The notes under the pieces: model-generated
Told to the model about the DNA's origin: nothing
What the model saw: only the letters and a program-made list of their open reading frames with translations
Databases searched by the model: none
Translations under genes and position numbers: made by a program
Source: Marsupella aquatica
Lineage: Eukaryota; Plantae; Marchantiophyta
DNA length: 64,000 nt
Direction of reading: 5' to 3'
NCBI GenBank assembly: GCA_973895155.1
Contig: OZ316895.1
Location: 14,380,225 to 14,444,224, forward strand
Shown here: piece after piece, positions 37,521 through 51,782 of the stretch
Layout: each line of letters opens with the position of its first letter
Position numbering within the stretch: the stretch's first letter is position 1

Positions 37521-40500
37521 TTTGTAAGTCTGTAGCTTAAGCACGGCTGCTCTTCTATCCCAGCCTAATGGCAATAAGATCAATGCACCAGGAAGGTGAT
37601 TGCTAGCTGCAGTTAGACCTAGTTGATTTATCACAACCTTCAAGTCATGAACAAGCCCTGGCCAGCACCCTGCGGGTGAGCTCAATTGCTAGTTGTACTA
37701 AATCATCCTGGGAACTTAGGAGGCTTGCAAGAGTGCGGCCTCGCGTGCATAAAATGGCGACTAGCTCCACCTTTGTGGACAGTCCAATACTAGCTCCTCG
37801 GATCCTGTTCGAAACACTTCAGCGGGCTGCGAGGTCTTCTAGAATACGATGAGTGTCATGCAGCCTAGAACATCTTCAACAACTTGGCCAGACCGCAGAA
37901 CTGCCCTATAAGATTATATCTAACATATGCCTTCTCTGTCCAAACCCCCTCGTCGTAGGTCGAGAACCTACGGAGAACGCGTACAGGCAGAACCCCTTAT
38001 GTGTTACACTAGAACAACTACTCCTGCTGTCCAACTCCTAGTGAGCTCACTGAGCGCAGTCTTTGTCATGAGCCACTTTAGGATCTGGTATAGCTTCCGA
38101 ATGGTCAAGATGGTCAATATATAACGGACCCTCCGAAGACTGCTGTTGGGCACTGCTCTCACTGGAGAAACCTAGCTAGCTAGCCCATCTACGCTGATCA
38201 CAGAGGTCACTTGAGGTACAGGCGACTACCATTGAATAGCATCCACTCCTGACCTTCGCTCGAAGAGCCCGGGAATTTGAGTAAAGTCCAACGACACCTC
38301 ACGTCATTCTAGCTACATTGAGATTCTGCATGAAGATGTGACTGTACGAGATGAACTTGCTGATGAAGCTTCTCAGTTGCAGGTGATAGCTGAATTTAGT
38401 GCAGTTTCTAGGGCGACCTGAAGCAGCTAGGCTGTAGCTGAGTCAATAGAATGGAGGAGTGTAGTACTGTAATGAAGTTACAGGTTGCTCTTGCTGACCA
38501 CTCATTTTAGGAAAGAGCCTGCTAAATCAGTCGAAGCATAAGCGAGGATATAATATCGAGTAGGATGCCATGATTCTGCAACTCCGGTTTTTCACCTTGG
38601 AGCATATTCCTTTTATAAAAACTTCCCCCCCCCCCCCCCAACAAAATAAAAGAGCCTTGTGTCGCATGTCTGTTGCCGCGATGTCATCTGTGAAGGATTC
38701 ATATCTTTTCCCGTGCCAATTACACCATACAGCCAGACAGCATTGATTTGAGCTCGTACTCAGACTGAAAAGGTACGTGTGGGAGCACCCACCCCGCAGC
38801 CCTGCATTCACTACGAATCCAGCCTCGTTACAAGAGCACTCAGTCAGATATTTTCAAGTTCAATGCAGTATCGATCGGAATTCCATTCCAATACACTATA
38901 ATTGGAGAAGGCCAAACTCGGACGCGCGGATCCTCAAGACACTCTACTTTAAAATAGCTTCCCCAAATCAATAATCGACTCATGATACAGCTTCGATTTG
39001 GAGGAAAATTCAATCAAAATGGGATGCATCATAACCAATCATTCCACTGAGGGCTTGCGTGCGTTTGTTGTGCACACCATGATGCTTCCGTAGTAGCCAA
39101 CTTCCTATCACTCCAGTTGAGTTGAATATTGGAGGTCTTGGATTTGAATTTATTTATTTTAATTTGACGGGAAATTTTGTCTTTGAATTCATTGTAACCA
39201 ATGATCAAAAGTTGGGGTACTATACACGCGTGAAGTGACGTACATTGGGGCCATCTCCACAGGCGGACTGCATATGATTTCGATTCTGACTTCAATGCTT
39301 TGTTTTCAATTTTCGGTCTGACAACTTTCTTGGCTCGTGGTAAATGCCTTCGATCACCATATTAATTGCTCAAGTATGCGGATTATTGCGGATTTGAGGA
39401 GAATGCTCTCGAGTCTCTACCAATATTTTTGCATTACCTTTAAATCCTTTGGCACACCCGTTTGGAATTTGTATGAACATTGAGATAATAAAATAATGAA
39501 GTAACATCCTGACCATGGTACTTAATGATGATTCCTATAGCCCAGGTGACGAATAGTTGGTGGCTAATGCCCTAACAAGCCTGAAATGTGGTGGGCGGCT
39601 AATTCTGTCCTATTCCCAATAATCTACAAGAGTGATGTGGAGAAATAATCTGACAGATAATTTCCGACACCCACCTTCACCTCACAGTCTAATATCTAAT
39701 CTGCGGGCAGTTTATAATGCTATACAATGTTAACTCAAATGTTGTTATGTAAATTAAAGAAATAGTTGCTTAAAGAGGTCAAGGGCAGGCACTCGAGCAT
39801 AATTAGGCAGATTAGAGTCTCTATTTGGGCTTTAACAAGAAAATGTGTTGGACTAAATAATGGCTCACTTGACAATTTAATAAATGATTCTCAGTTTCCT
39901 TGAAACTAAAGGAAACTAACTTTGCATTGAGCTTTATTAGTAAGATTTGACAAACTACTGTGACCGTGAAAAAATCCATTCCTCTACTAAAGATACTCTC
40001 ATTAAATACAACTATATAACTACTATTATACAAGGTTGCGTTATTATTATACAAGGTTGCGTCTGTTTGTGCCGTGATGGTCATTCAAAAATACAGGGCC
40101 AAGAAAAGAAGTAATCAATACACAGAATGGATAAAACCAAAACAAAATTAAATACATTGTGGACCAAAAGTACAGAAAATCTTTTCACACAAAAAGAGAA
40201 TAAATGGTGGAGACAAAAGACAAAAAATGTAACTAACTCTCTTGCATGCACTTTTCACACAAAAAAGAATCTAATGGTGGAAACAAAAGACAAAAAATGT
40301 AACTAAACTGTCATAAGTCACTATAATAACAGATATTGGTACATTTATAAACTCAAGAAAAAATAGGAACAAATACTAGCCCTTAATTAAAAATTTGTTT
40401 TTTTTTGCAACAATAGGATCCATCCATACCTCTATTAAACTCAATACCTTTGCCCAAGCTGCCCACAACCTACCCAAACCCGACCAAGATAAAAAATTAA

Positions 40501-40744
40501 TTCAATATTAATTAAAAAATAATTATCAAAATTGTGACTTAAAGAATTAGATATTAACCTTAAATTTTTGAAGAGTATAAATAAAATACATACAATATTA
40601 ATTTATCTAAAAATTTAAAATAACAAATATTTTTTTCTATCACTCATTTGTGCTTGGACTCTATGTTACACTGACCATTATCTCGCATCTTCAATTTCTA
40701 TGTGCAATGCATGAGTTGTTAAACACCACTACAACAACTCTACC

Positions 40745-41745
40745 TTGCCTTGACACATTTTTCTCATCTTTATCACATTGACATCTTTATCTCTCCACAA
40801 CAATTTTTGATCACCCTCGGCATCTTTTAGGTCCTTGATTTTTGTTTTTCTCCTCGAATTTTTTCCTCACCTCCACATCTTTTCTCACCTTGACATCTTT
40901 ATCTCAGCACAACATCTTTCTCTCACCCTTGACATATTTTCTCTCCTCAACATCTTTTTCTCACCTCGCCATGTTTTTATTTTCCTTGACAACTTTTTTC
41001 ACCTTGACTTCTTTATCTCACCTTAACATCTTTTTTTTCTCATTGACATAATTATGTTTTCATCTCGATATCTAACCTTTTTCTCACCTTCACATTTTTA
41101 CCTCATCACAACATCTTTCCCTCACATTGTGACATATTTTCCTCATCTTCACATATTTTTTCACATTGCCATCTTTTCTCTCTTTGAGATCTTTTTCTTC
41201 ACTCCAACTTCTTTTTCTCACCTCAACATCTATTTTTCACCTTGACATTTTTCTCACCACACCATCTTTTGTGCAACTTTTGTCTTAAAAACATCTTTCT
41301 ATTTAACGACAACTTTTCTCCTAAAAACCTCGCTAAAAACATCTTGGGCAACGTGATGTCTCTTTCCTTAACGATATCATGGTTGACACAATATTTGTTT
41401 TCTTAAGGACATCTTGGGTGACACAATATCTTTTTTCTTAAGGACATCTTGGATGACACAATATCTTATTTGTTAAGTACATCTTGGGTGTCACAATATC
41501 TTTTTTCTTAATGACATCTTGGGTGACACGATTTATTTTTTCTTTAGTAATGATACATTGGGCAACACAAGATTTTTTGTCTTCATGACATCTTGGGCAA
41601 CATGACATTCTCTTTCTTAATGACATCTTGGGCGACACCACATCTTTTTTTCTTAACGGTATCTTGGGCGACACAACTTCTTTTTTACATAACGACATCT
41701 TAGAGGAAATAACATCTTTTTTCTTAACGACATCTTTTGTGCAAC
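40745..41745. repeat. Compound degenerate minisatellite: ~20-bp pyrimidine-rich units, then ~30-bp units
   Basis: TTTTCTCACCTTGACATCT-like units run to about 41280, then GACATCTTGGGTGACACAATATCTTTTTTCTTAA-like units run to about 41745. Confidence 0.85.
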
Positions 41746-44700
41746 GCACGAGTTTGAGCTAGTTTAATATGGAGCTTGATTTGAAAAGTAAACCTACACG
41801 TGTGTAGATTTGCACCTGCAACAAGTTTGCATAATATGGTTTACGGTTATGAATGGTGCTCTGCTGGTACTCAGTCAGATACCTGGATGATCCCGGCTTA
41901 GTTTGCTGCTCTTGGATGCATGCGAGTTCTCTAGGCCTAGTTCAATTAATGATGATTGTCCGTCCCCTTGCCCCCCTTCATTGGTTGCCTTTTCTTCCTG
42001 CTCCCTCCTCTCAGGCAGTTGTCTTTGTATTTGCACGTTCCAGTGGGATAAAGTTTCAATCTCGGGCGTTGGCCCTTGGTTCCAAAAAACCAAAACTAAA
42101 AAGTTTGCACAATGAATTGAATTTTGAGGAGGGTTTGCCCTGTTAAACTCCTTAACATGGACCATTGATTCTGAAGAACAGTCTTTCTTTATAATCAGCG
42201 GCTTTGTGGCAAGGCACAAATTTCTGTCCGGACCATCCTTCATGATTGTGATCGAAGGTGACTTCGCTCCCACGCAACAGAACGCACAGTCAGCCGGCTA
42301 AGGATCCTTGTCTCAGTATGAATCTCAAGATGAGGGACACTGTCCCGTCTGCGCAGCCCCTCAGTACGTGGTACGCCTGCAACACTTAGCAGCACAGAAC
42401 GCCCTTCCTTGGTCGTTGCACTGTTCAATGTTCAATTGTCATGAGGACCTTGGCCTCATCAGAGAGTACATTGCCCACAATGCACAGCAGAGAGCCTGGG
42501 TCAGTGGGTGAGTAGATCGACCGCGGTCATCATATTCACTCTGGAGTCTGGACTTTGAAGGATCTCTGAAGCTCAGTGCCCAGCACACGTTTTCGACCTT
42601 TCTACTCCCAGAAACACATATATCTGTCCAGTTTGAATCGACTTCTTCTGCCCAGCCCACATCAACAGGCAATCAATCGCAGATCCTAGCCAGTAAGCCA
42701 GAGTTTACATTATCAGGATTGATAACGCATACCCACGACAATTGGTGTCCCACAAGAACAGATTATTTATTTAATGTCACGATGGCCGTCCTTGCTGTGA
42801 AAGTTGAACGTCGGCACCTGGACTTAGGTGGGTCACCGAAACTTATAACCTTAGTTACCATTGTAGCAGGGCAAGCAGGTAGAGTCTGCTGAACATGTCC
42901 TTACTTCTTGACAATAATAATTAAAAAGAAAGGAAAACCTTAGACACTGTAAATTGTTCGACTCACTCAAGAACAGACAGACAAATATCATTCTGGCACT
43001 TAGTATATCACTGTACAGTGAGAGTACGTGTGCTTATGCATGATCAAGTATCGAAGCGTCTGTACAGATGTTGCTTAACAATTGAAGTACTGAAATGGGA
43101 TGTACCGTATGCATTTAAGGTGGCAAAGCATATTAATGGTTGAATTCGCAATACTTGGTCGACAAGTGAGGCGTTAACTGCAATCAAGAATTAGCTGTAA
43201 GAATTTTTAAATTGTTGAAAATATGTCCACCTTTGATCAATACCACTCAAGTGATGGGCTAAAGACACGCACTACATGGAATCAGGCAGGGTGATGCTCG
43301 ATCCTATAAGATTGGAGTTATGGTCAGTACTAAGTCTTATCTGATTCTATCAAACTAATTTTTACCATTAGATCTCCGAGTCTCCAACGACTGAAGGATA
43401 AACGTTCGGCTAGGTGAGAAACTACATTAACTAATAGTGGGCGAATACGTTCCCGCTGAGTCAGATTTGCCTGGCTCATTTTTGCGTTGAAAAAACCTTG
43501 ACATAAACATATTGTATTCGATACGCTGCTGCAACGACAATGCAGAGCAGAGGTCGTATACAAGAATTGAATCGCCTGAACATCTCCTTGATTGCGATTT
43601 CGAATGTGGCTCACAAAGAGCAGGATTGCCAAGTGTAATGTAAGATCTTGCACACTGAACTCACTCAGCAGCAGAGCCCTCAGGTTGGCAGTGCTAATAG
43701 GGCAATAAGTTCTCCGTTGAAGGATCATTACTGTTTACGGAATGTGGATCGAGCTCTCATATATTCGAATTGATCGAGCTCACCTTATTTCTGGGTTCAA
43801 CCGTCAATTTTGCCCCGACATTAATGACTGATCACCAGCTGCCGTCGCCAATCAAAATTCAAATTGTAGGATTTGTGCAAGCTGGTTTTCTTGCAGAATC
43901 AGAACTCAGGTTGAAGATTGTGATTTCATAGCCAGACACATTCCCACGACACTATAATTATGCGTGTTACGGAAACTGTTACTGACTTGGGCATCTTCCA
44001 TTCTCCCAGATACTCCCGTACCGAATTTAATATATGGGACGTGGGTTGTGATTATTGGGCGAGCTGGAACTCTGGAAGATTCTAGACAATTGAGATCTGT
44101 TTATTAATAATCGACCTTCTAGAATATTTATTTGTGGGATTGCCTCAGGTAAGGTCCATTGACCCCAGAGACGAGGTTTGGTCTTTGCCTCAGTCCAACC
44201 GTTGGACTTTTGCTTGGAAACTGGAAAGGGTTATGTAATTAATTTTGTGAGAAACAAATGCAGTAAACTATTTCTTTGGAACTTTGCAGGAGGTTGGCCT
44301 GGGGACGACAGAAACTAAGAGGCATCATCATGGCAGGACTTCTCTGGTAATATTAATTGGTTGCTGACACATGCAGTGGTTATTTTCCAAGCTCCAGTAC
44401 CTTCTTTGCAACAGTTTTCTTCGTAGGGAATATTTTATAGCGTGTTAATTCCCCAATAAAAATGAAAACAAAGACTGAGAGTGTCTAGAGGTTGTCTTTG
44501 CCCATCCCCATGGGACTCCTTAAAGTAATCGGCCAGTTCACATCTGAAGCAATTAAAAGACACCTAAAAGAAACCCACTGTGATTGGCTGCTTTTGGGTA
44601 AAGAAGCTCACTTTTGTGAAAGATGCTGTGAGTGTATACTTTTTTCAGGCACCTTAACAACTGTAAAGGGCTGGGGTTTGTGCAAACTTGTCCATTTATT

Positions 44701-45755
44701 TGGACAGCTTTAGATCTTTGGTAAAGTTCATAATGAAAAATTCCAAGTAATGTGTTCTCTAATGCCCAATTTATCCACCAAAGTTTGGACTTTTCTGAAA
44801 TTATCTGTTCCATTTCCAATGAGCTCAAAGATGTCAAATATTGGCACATGCCCTGAGTACTGTAGTTGGGGCATGAGCAGAGACTTACCACAGGGCCCGG
44901 AGGCTGTTTACAACTCACATTGCAATCAAAACTATTTAAACTAAGGTGCTATGCAAATCTACTAAATTAGACGTACAGCCACATTCAATCAATTCCAGTT
45001 TTGCCAGTCCATTAGCCAGAGCTTCACAGCCAACCCACCAATCCTTCCAAACTTAATTTTCGTGAAGAATACATATATCATTAGAGCCAATTTAATATGC
45101 TTTGTTTTTTTGGAAAGGGGTTTAGGGACGTTTGTTGATACATATAGCTGGCTCATCCTCGTCAACATGAAAGATGATTAGTTGTTCTTAGGTTTGCATT
45201 GGTGCACATCTTCTCTCCAGATGCCATATTTATGTCAAAAATATGAATTAATTGAATCCAAGTTCGCTTTCATGCAAACACTCTATAGGTTTTGCAGGTT
45301 CCACTCTCTTTCCCTCATGATAATTGACACGCACTGGGTTGTGCACTGGGTAAGTGTCCCTGTCTTTTTCTTTGCTGCAATTTCACTGTATCTTTAGGGA
45401 ATCTAGAATTCCATATTTATATTGAAGTAGTAAGCCAGGGACCTTCCATAAAATTAAATGAATATTGAGTTAAAGTGTTATTGTTATTTCAAATAGAACG
45501 CTCCTATGGGTTGATGGCACATCCTTTTGTGGGTGTGTTATCCCTTAAATGAGTGCATTCTTAAGACATGAGAAATAAATTTTCATCTCAGACACTCAAA
45601 GAGGATGGCCAGTAGTTTGATTATTCGGAACAAGGAGTTCGCAAACTGTCTTGTTCCAAATGTCCAGCTCACGTGGCCAGAGGATTGTGACTTGGGACCG
45701 CCAGGTCTCAGGGTCAGGGTCTCTCAGATTGAATGCTCACACGCCCAGCAGCATC

Positions 45756-45836
45756 ACTGTCCCTCTCTCTCTCAAGGTCTACCAATGTTAAGAGACTGTC
45801 CCTCTCTCTCTCAAGGTCTACCAATGTTAAGAGACT
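45756..45836. repeat. 39-bp perfect tandem duplication
   Basis: ACTGTCCCTCTCTCTCTCAAGGTCTACCAATGTTAAGAG occurs twice. Confidence 0.95.
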
Positions 45837-46186
45837 CAACTGTCTTGCAAGAATGAGGCATCCTTCAACGTATACCCCAACACCCAAGCACAAAGGTAAC
45901 CAGCATGAACAGGTCACCTATACTAGGGAGTTATGCTAGCAGGTCAACTATCCCCTCAAAATATCAACAAGGTGCATATATACTAACAAGGTGCAACAAC
46001 ACATTGCACCTCCTAATTATGCCATATGGGGTGACACCCTAATCTGTTTAGCACAAAAGATCAGAGTTCAATAGGGATCCCAAAACAAACAATCAGACCA
46101 AAACTTTGAGCCTCATTTTTAAGGTGAATTCTATGAATCATTTCACAGTCACAGAGTTCAGTGGCTAACCTACAACTCCGACTCTC

Positions 46187-46641
46187 GTGCTTGAGACTGG
46201 CCATCCAGATTTCCCCGACAGCAAACTCCATGCCACCTCAGGTTGTAGTAACACTCCATGCCACCTCAGGTTGTAGATATAAGAAGTTAAAAGTAAATAG
46301 TTCAAATGGCTCTTTAAAGGCAAAATAAAAAATAAAAAAATAAAAAATGAGAGTAGAACTGCAGCAAGAACAATTTGTGTTCCACGAAATCAGAGAATAC
46401 GTTGGATTTGAGTTGCATTCTTATGAATCTCATTTTCCCAAAAGCAAACGGCTCTTGGATCACTGCCACAATCATGCATCTGTGGCTGAAAGGTTTGATA
46501 GCACGGGACAACATCCTCAATGTTGTACAAACTAAGGTTAGTAGTAACCTTTTGCTGAATGAAGACAGATGAAGTGTTACTACAACCTGAGGTGGCATGG
46601 AGTTTGCTCTGGGGGAAATCTGGATGGCCAGTCTCAAGCAC
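46187..46641. repeat. Long inverted repeat (~73-bp arms at 46187-46259 and 46569-46641; ~310-bp spacer)
   Basis: GTGCTTGAGACTGGCCATCCAGATTTCCCC...CCTCAGGTTGTAGTAACACT pairs with AGTGTTACTACAACCTGAGG...GGGGAAATCTGGATGGCCAGTCTCAAGCAC with few mismatches. Confidence 0.92.
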
Positions 46642-47378
46642 CTCGACTGCCATTTGAGTGCCTCGACAAATTGGACCAAAATGATCTGTCGGACCCTTCA
46701 CAAACTTTACCTGGACTCTTTGGACGAAATGAATTGAACTATTGTGAACTTGGATGTGTGCGGGGATGTCTGCAAAGGCCTCCGAATTTGGATAGAGCGC
46801 ATTACTGGATGTCTGAAATGGCTAAAATTCGTCAAATCGTTCTTTATACGTCCGGTTAGTGTGCGCAAGTAATCCACATTATGTCAATCTCTGCTGTGGG
46901 CTCTCATATCTGAATGACTCTCCTACGATAGCCTTAATGTCTGCAATGGGCTAAAATGCTCCACAAAAATTAAGTAGATCTCCTTTAATTGCTACCTTCT
47001 GTCGTTCTGCTTTTGCTCAAATACACCAAAACAGCTAAATCTCGGTCTCTTTGTTTGACTCGTATGGTTTTAAAATCAACATACGGACATGAAAATCCTT
47101 CAGCTTCTTGCCTGAAATCTGCTCTCCTTCTTCCACTTAATCCTACCAATCCTCCTGTGCTGTTGCTCTGAAATGGACTCTTGCATTTCCCACTCAGCCA
47201 AATAACAACAAATCGATGGGATGCAACAAGTGATTGAGGAACCGTTCAGATCTGTTCAGACCTGAATTCCTGCGTTGGTAGAAATTGGAAAAATGGTTCT
47301 GCGAGATTGCCCAGAGATTTATGATTTCTGTGCGGCTCGTTTCAGGATTAATGTTTTGCCACTGTGAATTTGACCCGT

Positions 47379-48652
47379 TCACCATCGAAGAATTTTTAAT
47401 CTTTCAATCTCCACTTGCAAATCTGCGATTTTTTGAAAATCTTCTTCTTTAGTTTCAGGGATAGGAAACAGATGTTCAATGCGAGCCAGCGCTGAAAGTC
47501 CCCCATCAGGTTCATTTTTGAGACAGTACTCCCTCAAGCCTGCTGTCAAGCGCGAGGGCATTCCATCACTATTTCTGAGCTTGAAGCTGGACCTCTTGAG
47601 CTCTGCGCAAGACCCATAGCCTCTTCCTACTTTATCACGATGCAGAGTTGGTGCACACCAAGTCATTTTTTTTGGTGAAGCCATGAACGGCCTCTCCCTC
47701 GCGATCCCACTTCCGTCTCTGTTGTTTATAATCTCACAATCAATTTCGCTGGAAATGCGTTTAGAGTATGACGACGAAGGTCTTTGCTTGACTCTGTTCT
47801 CGTCTTCTTTGGTTGGAGCCGCCGTGAATCCTGGGATATGATTAAGGGGCAGATGGATGTTCTTAGTTGCAACCCTCAACCGACCTTTACGAGCTCTCCC
47901 TTCACTGACAGCATTGCGTTGAAGTTTCTTACCGCGCTTACTAGTTGGAGCCAACTTTGAATTTGGCGTTGGCTTTTTTTCCGGCTTTTTTTTGGTTGCA
48001 AGACAGGGCTGCTTATTGCAAGATAATGCTGGCTTTTTGGAAATTGAAGCCGACAGTGTTGGTCGTTTGGTAAAAAGTCTTGATACTTCTTTGGAGATCC
48101 GCACGTAAATAATCTTGTCCTTGAGAGGATTCTCGGATGGTAGTTAGCCGCGTAGAACTCCCAGTCAGCTGATAGCCCTTCTCTATCAACACTATGTTTC
48201 TCGATTGAGATAGTGAGAGCGTTGGCAATCTTGTCTACGGGCGAGCGATAGAAGTTACCGTCGTGGATCTGTTTGAGAAGCTTTGCAAGAATGCGGAGTA
48301 CGCCAGACTTCAGGAGTTCCTCTTGTGTGTTACGCCTTTGAGCTGATGCTCTTGATGCAGCAGTGCTAGTAATCCCATGCAGAGCGTCCTCAGAAAGCTG
48401 GTCATGAAATCCGTGTTTGTAGATGAAGAGGGCTAGGTCGTCAAAACTCGTTGCGCAGGAAGGGAGCGGAGGAATCGCAACAGTGCCTTCAATCTTCTCA
48501 AAGTTTGACAGACGCTGCGTTTCGGTTTCCCACCAGTATTTTGATGCGGACAGATCGGAGACGGATCCGTAATCAACCAGATCTGTACCGAGAAGTGCGT
48601 CGACCTGCTTGAGCGAAAGCTGTGATCTCGAACCCGAGTAAGTAGAACTGCA
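47379..48652 (-). pseudogene. Unrecognised protein-coding region split over two overlapping open frames (48652-47876 and 48143-47379); possibly a frameshifted gene
   Basis: Two stop-free frames of about 258 and 254 codons are offset by 1 nt. Comparison with the paralogous fragment at 51843-52119 shows many synonymous third-position changes in the first frame. Confidence 0.5.
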
Positions 48653-50757
48653 TTATGATCACGAAGACGCGAGAACCATTAAGGCCAAAATAATGGACAA
48701 TGTTGATAAACCAGAAGCAGTGCATTATTGAAAGAGGGTACTCGACTGAGAATTCATTGGAGGACAAGTACGACAGGATATCATCTGATCATAGAAATCT
48801 TGCATATTTTTGGACTATGGTTTGCCAATTGAGGGCAAGGTCAATTACCAGCAGGTAGTAGTCCGATTGTTGCTGCTGAAGGAAGACTTCTTTTTATCGG
48901 GTCCCTCGTTGCCTCTAGAAGACAGATGCCTCGAAATCTCCTCGCACTTTTTCCGTAAAGCCAAGCCTTCGTCCTTCGGACCCTTCAACATTAAGGTCCA
49001 GAGCGATCATGTGTCATCGAAACGGGTCCGAATGGGGGGGCAAAGATGATTCGTTCATGTCCATTACAACCACCTACGGTACAGGAGTGTGAGACAGGAC
49101 GAGAAGAATGCAATATCGATTGAATTGCACTGTAGTGCAGGCCCCGTAGCTAGGCTGTGCGCACCGAGCTCCTGATCACTATGATCACTACAATCTTACT
49201 GGTCATGAGAGAGTGCATTTCCACTAACGGAGATTTGATAAGTGGAGATTCACTCTTCCCTGCTAGTCCTGGTCTTTCGCGCAATTCGTTAAGCGTTGCG
49301 GCTACTCGTGGACGCCTACGTGACAGCAAGCATCCTTCCCTTGCAACTCTTACCGTTGAGGAGCTCCCCTTGGCGAGACAGCGGATGCTCAGTATTGTGC
49401 GCCCAGGTTTTACCCAGTGTGAAATTCCAAGTGAGCCTACCCTCCCTTACGCTGGTCGACGAATTCATTCCAAAGAATCTATGGGGACATGGCTCCGCCA
49501 TTTCCGGCCCTGCAATCCTAAATCACAGTCTATCAAAGTTCGCGTTCTATCCGCTCTCTGAATTTCCCGCCAGACGTCGTCAACTTTGGCTTGTGTCGTA
49601 TAACATTTTGTTAGCACGGCTGCACTGCTGAGAGACTACCCTGTATGAAATCCGAGCTCTCAGTTGCTACGAAGTCGAAGTCATGTATACTTTAAACTAA
49701 GGTGAATTTGAGGACATTCTTGAAGTCCCTACGACGGTCGTTTGGTTCACTAGTAGGGAGAGCGTAAGGGTGACATTGCTGCCGGCTGCTGTCATCTACA
49801 TCACCTCCAATATCTACTCCACTTGTCCGAAAACTCTGTAAAGTCTTTTCGAATTTTAAACTTCTGACAACGAATTGTTGTGTCCTTTACGAATTCTCCC
49901 ACACATTTAAGACGGTTGTTCTGCGTCTCTCCATTTCAAGTAATTCTCAGGTCCTGATTTCCGTCCTTGTAGACACCGTTGGAACTTATGGACATCTATT
50001 TGGACTTATCACAACCAGGTCGGAAGAAACAGAATACTGTAAACCGTAACTTATGCAAATGGAGGGTGCGGGCGGGGGTGCAAGCTTCTTAAACTCGCGA
50101 GCAGAAGCAGAAGTTATCCAAAGTAAGACAGTTGTTTTCGTCTACAGAAACAATTCGTGTGCAATTGTTTGAAGCATCTCGCGTCGAGCAAATATGGTTT
50201 CAATAAGAAACCATTTCTCTTCAATCAGACTGACTCGTGTTCTTGTTTCTAATTAGAACTTGAGTTAGACCTATGCTCTGAGATTTTGCCTGCATATAAC
50301 GCTAATCGAATTAAGACCACGGTGTTATGTTAGTGTGTGCGTGTAATCTTCGTATAGAAAACCATGGTCCTATATTGCTGTGTCTTGTATTCGAAGTGGT
50401 CTTCGACTAGAAATTCGGACAAAACTTTGAAGAAGAACACAATTTGAGAGCTTCAAATTGAGCACCATGGTCCTTTTTCTGGGGAAGCCGTGCTGTGGTG
50501 CATCGAAAGGCCCAAAGCCTGCAACAATGCACTCTATCGTTTTGGTCACAGATTGGATTGTTTATGGTAAACAAATTCCGTCCCACTGATGGCATAGTAT
50601 ATCCCCACCGCGTTTGTTGTTGTCACAGCCAACTTGTTCCCATCTGGGCTAAGGTGCGGAAACGCTTGCCAGACCATCACCTTAAGGTCCTTGTGCATAG
50701 ACGAACCCGTCCCTGATTCCTTTCCAAAGAAGACACTTAAATGTCAAGCTGTTGTCC

Positions 50758-51705
50758 TCAGCCAGCATTTTCTTCAGCAAAGTCCTCCCGTGTAACCTTG
50801 TAGGGACCAATGTAAAATATAGGATGCATGATTGGAACAGCTGCACCTGGGTGCTCATCCCAGTATTTCTCCTGGCCACCACATACACATGTTAGTCGCT
50901 CTACACATATTTGACGCTCATGCAAAAAATGTCCTCCCCATACTGGACAGTACTCCAGTTTCCCACACCCTAGACAGTAAACCCGTAGTAAACCCGTAGT
51001 GTCCCTGTTTGCCTTCTGTTCGTGTGAGAGGCGAACAGTTCATGTGCCTGTCCCTCAGGCTACGACAGACACAGGGAAATGGGTAAAACAGTTGACCTAA
51101 TTTCAAAACCGTGAGTCTCACAGACCAAAAGAAGACAAGATGAGGCATAAGATAGAAAATCTCCAAAATATACAGGATCACGCAAACAAGAAGATAGGAA
51201 AGGCAGACCTTAAGTACAGAAGGGCGACGATCACACAAAAGAAAAGGAAAGGAAAGACAGACTTCGTCACCAAATTTCCAGGAACACAAATACAAAGAGG
51301 AAGGGAAAGGAAAGACATGCGTCATCTGAAATTCAGAGAACCAAAGACACAGAGAAAAAAGCAAGACAACCTGATCTACCCAATTGTCAGGACCACAGAC
51401 ACCTAGAACAAACGAACACCTAATCTACAAACCTGTAGGAGCCAAATGTAAGACGAGAAAAGGAAAAGAAAACTCACCTTGTAAAGCTGCTCTGTGATCG
51501 CTGCAGCAACAACTCCGGTATAGAAGGCAGCAACGTTGAGAAACAGTAGAGGCATCAGGCGAGGAGGAGGCCGGTAGGGTTCCACCAGCGCCCAGAACCG
51601 GCGATTGTCTGCAATTCGTTGCCGTCTCCTGGCCCATGCTTCACCAAACCTTCCGCGCAATAGTTCGTCTCCCTGCTCTCCACTCTTCGCCATCCTCTCG
51701 CTCAT
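50758..51705 (-). CDS. EMB2752: EMB2752-like small membrane protein (exons 51705-51478, 50871-50758; 113 aa, or start at 51693)
   Basis: WALVEPYRPP...VAAFYTGVVAAAITEQLYK|EKYWDEHPGAAVPIMHPIFYIGPY matches Arabidopsis At4g29660 as I recall it. One GT-AG intron. Confidence 0.88.
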
Positions 51706-51782
51706 TCACTACAGCACGAGGCTACGATTCTGAAATTATCACTCGTGGTCGCTTCTTCCTTGCCTTTTCCTGAGGTAGAGAA

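Noticed and set aside
40835-41749. Phe-rich and Lys-rich ORFs
   Set aside because: They are translations of minisatellite DNA.
41853-42672. Cluster of short ORFs including a CPVC motif and a GG|GTGAGT donor
   Set aside because: No recognisable domain, in-frame stops, and no consistent exon chain.
49157-49631. Overlapping 110-134 aa ORFs
   Set aside because: Non-ATG starts, no recognisable homology and no splice support.
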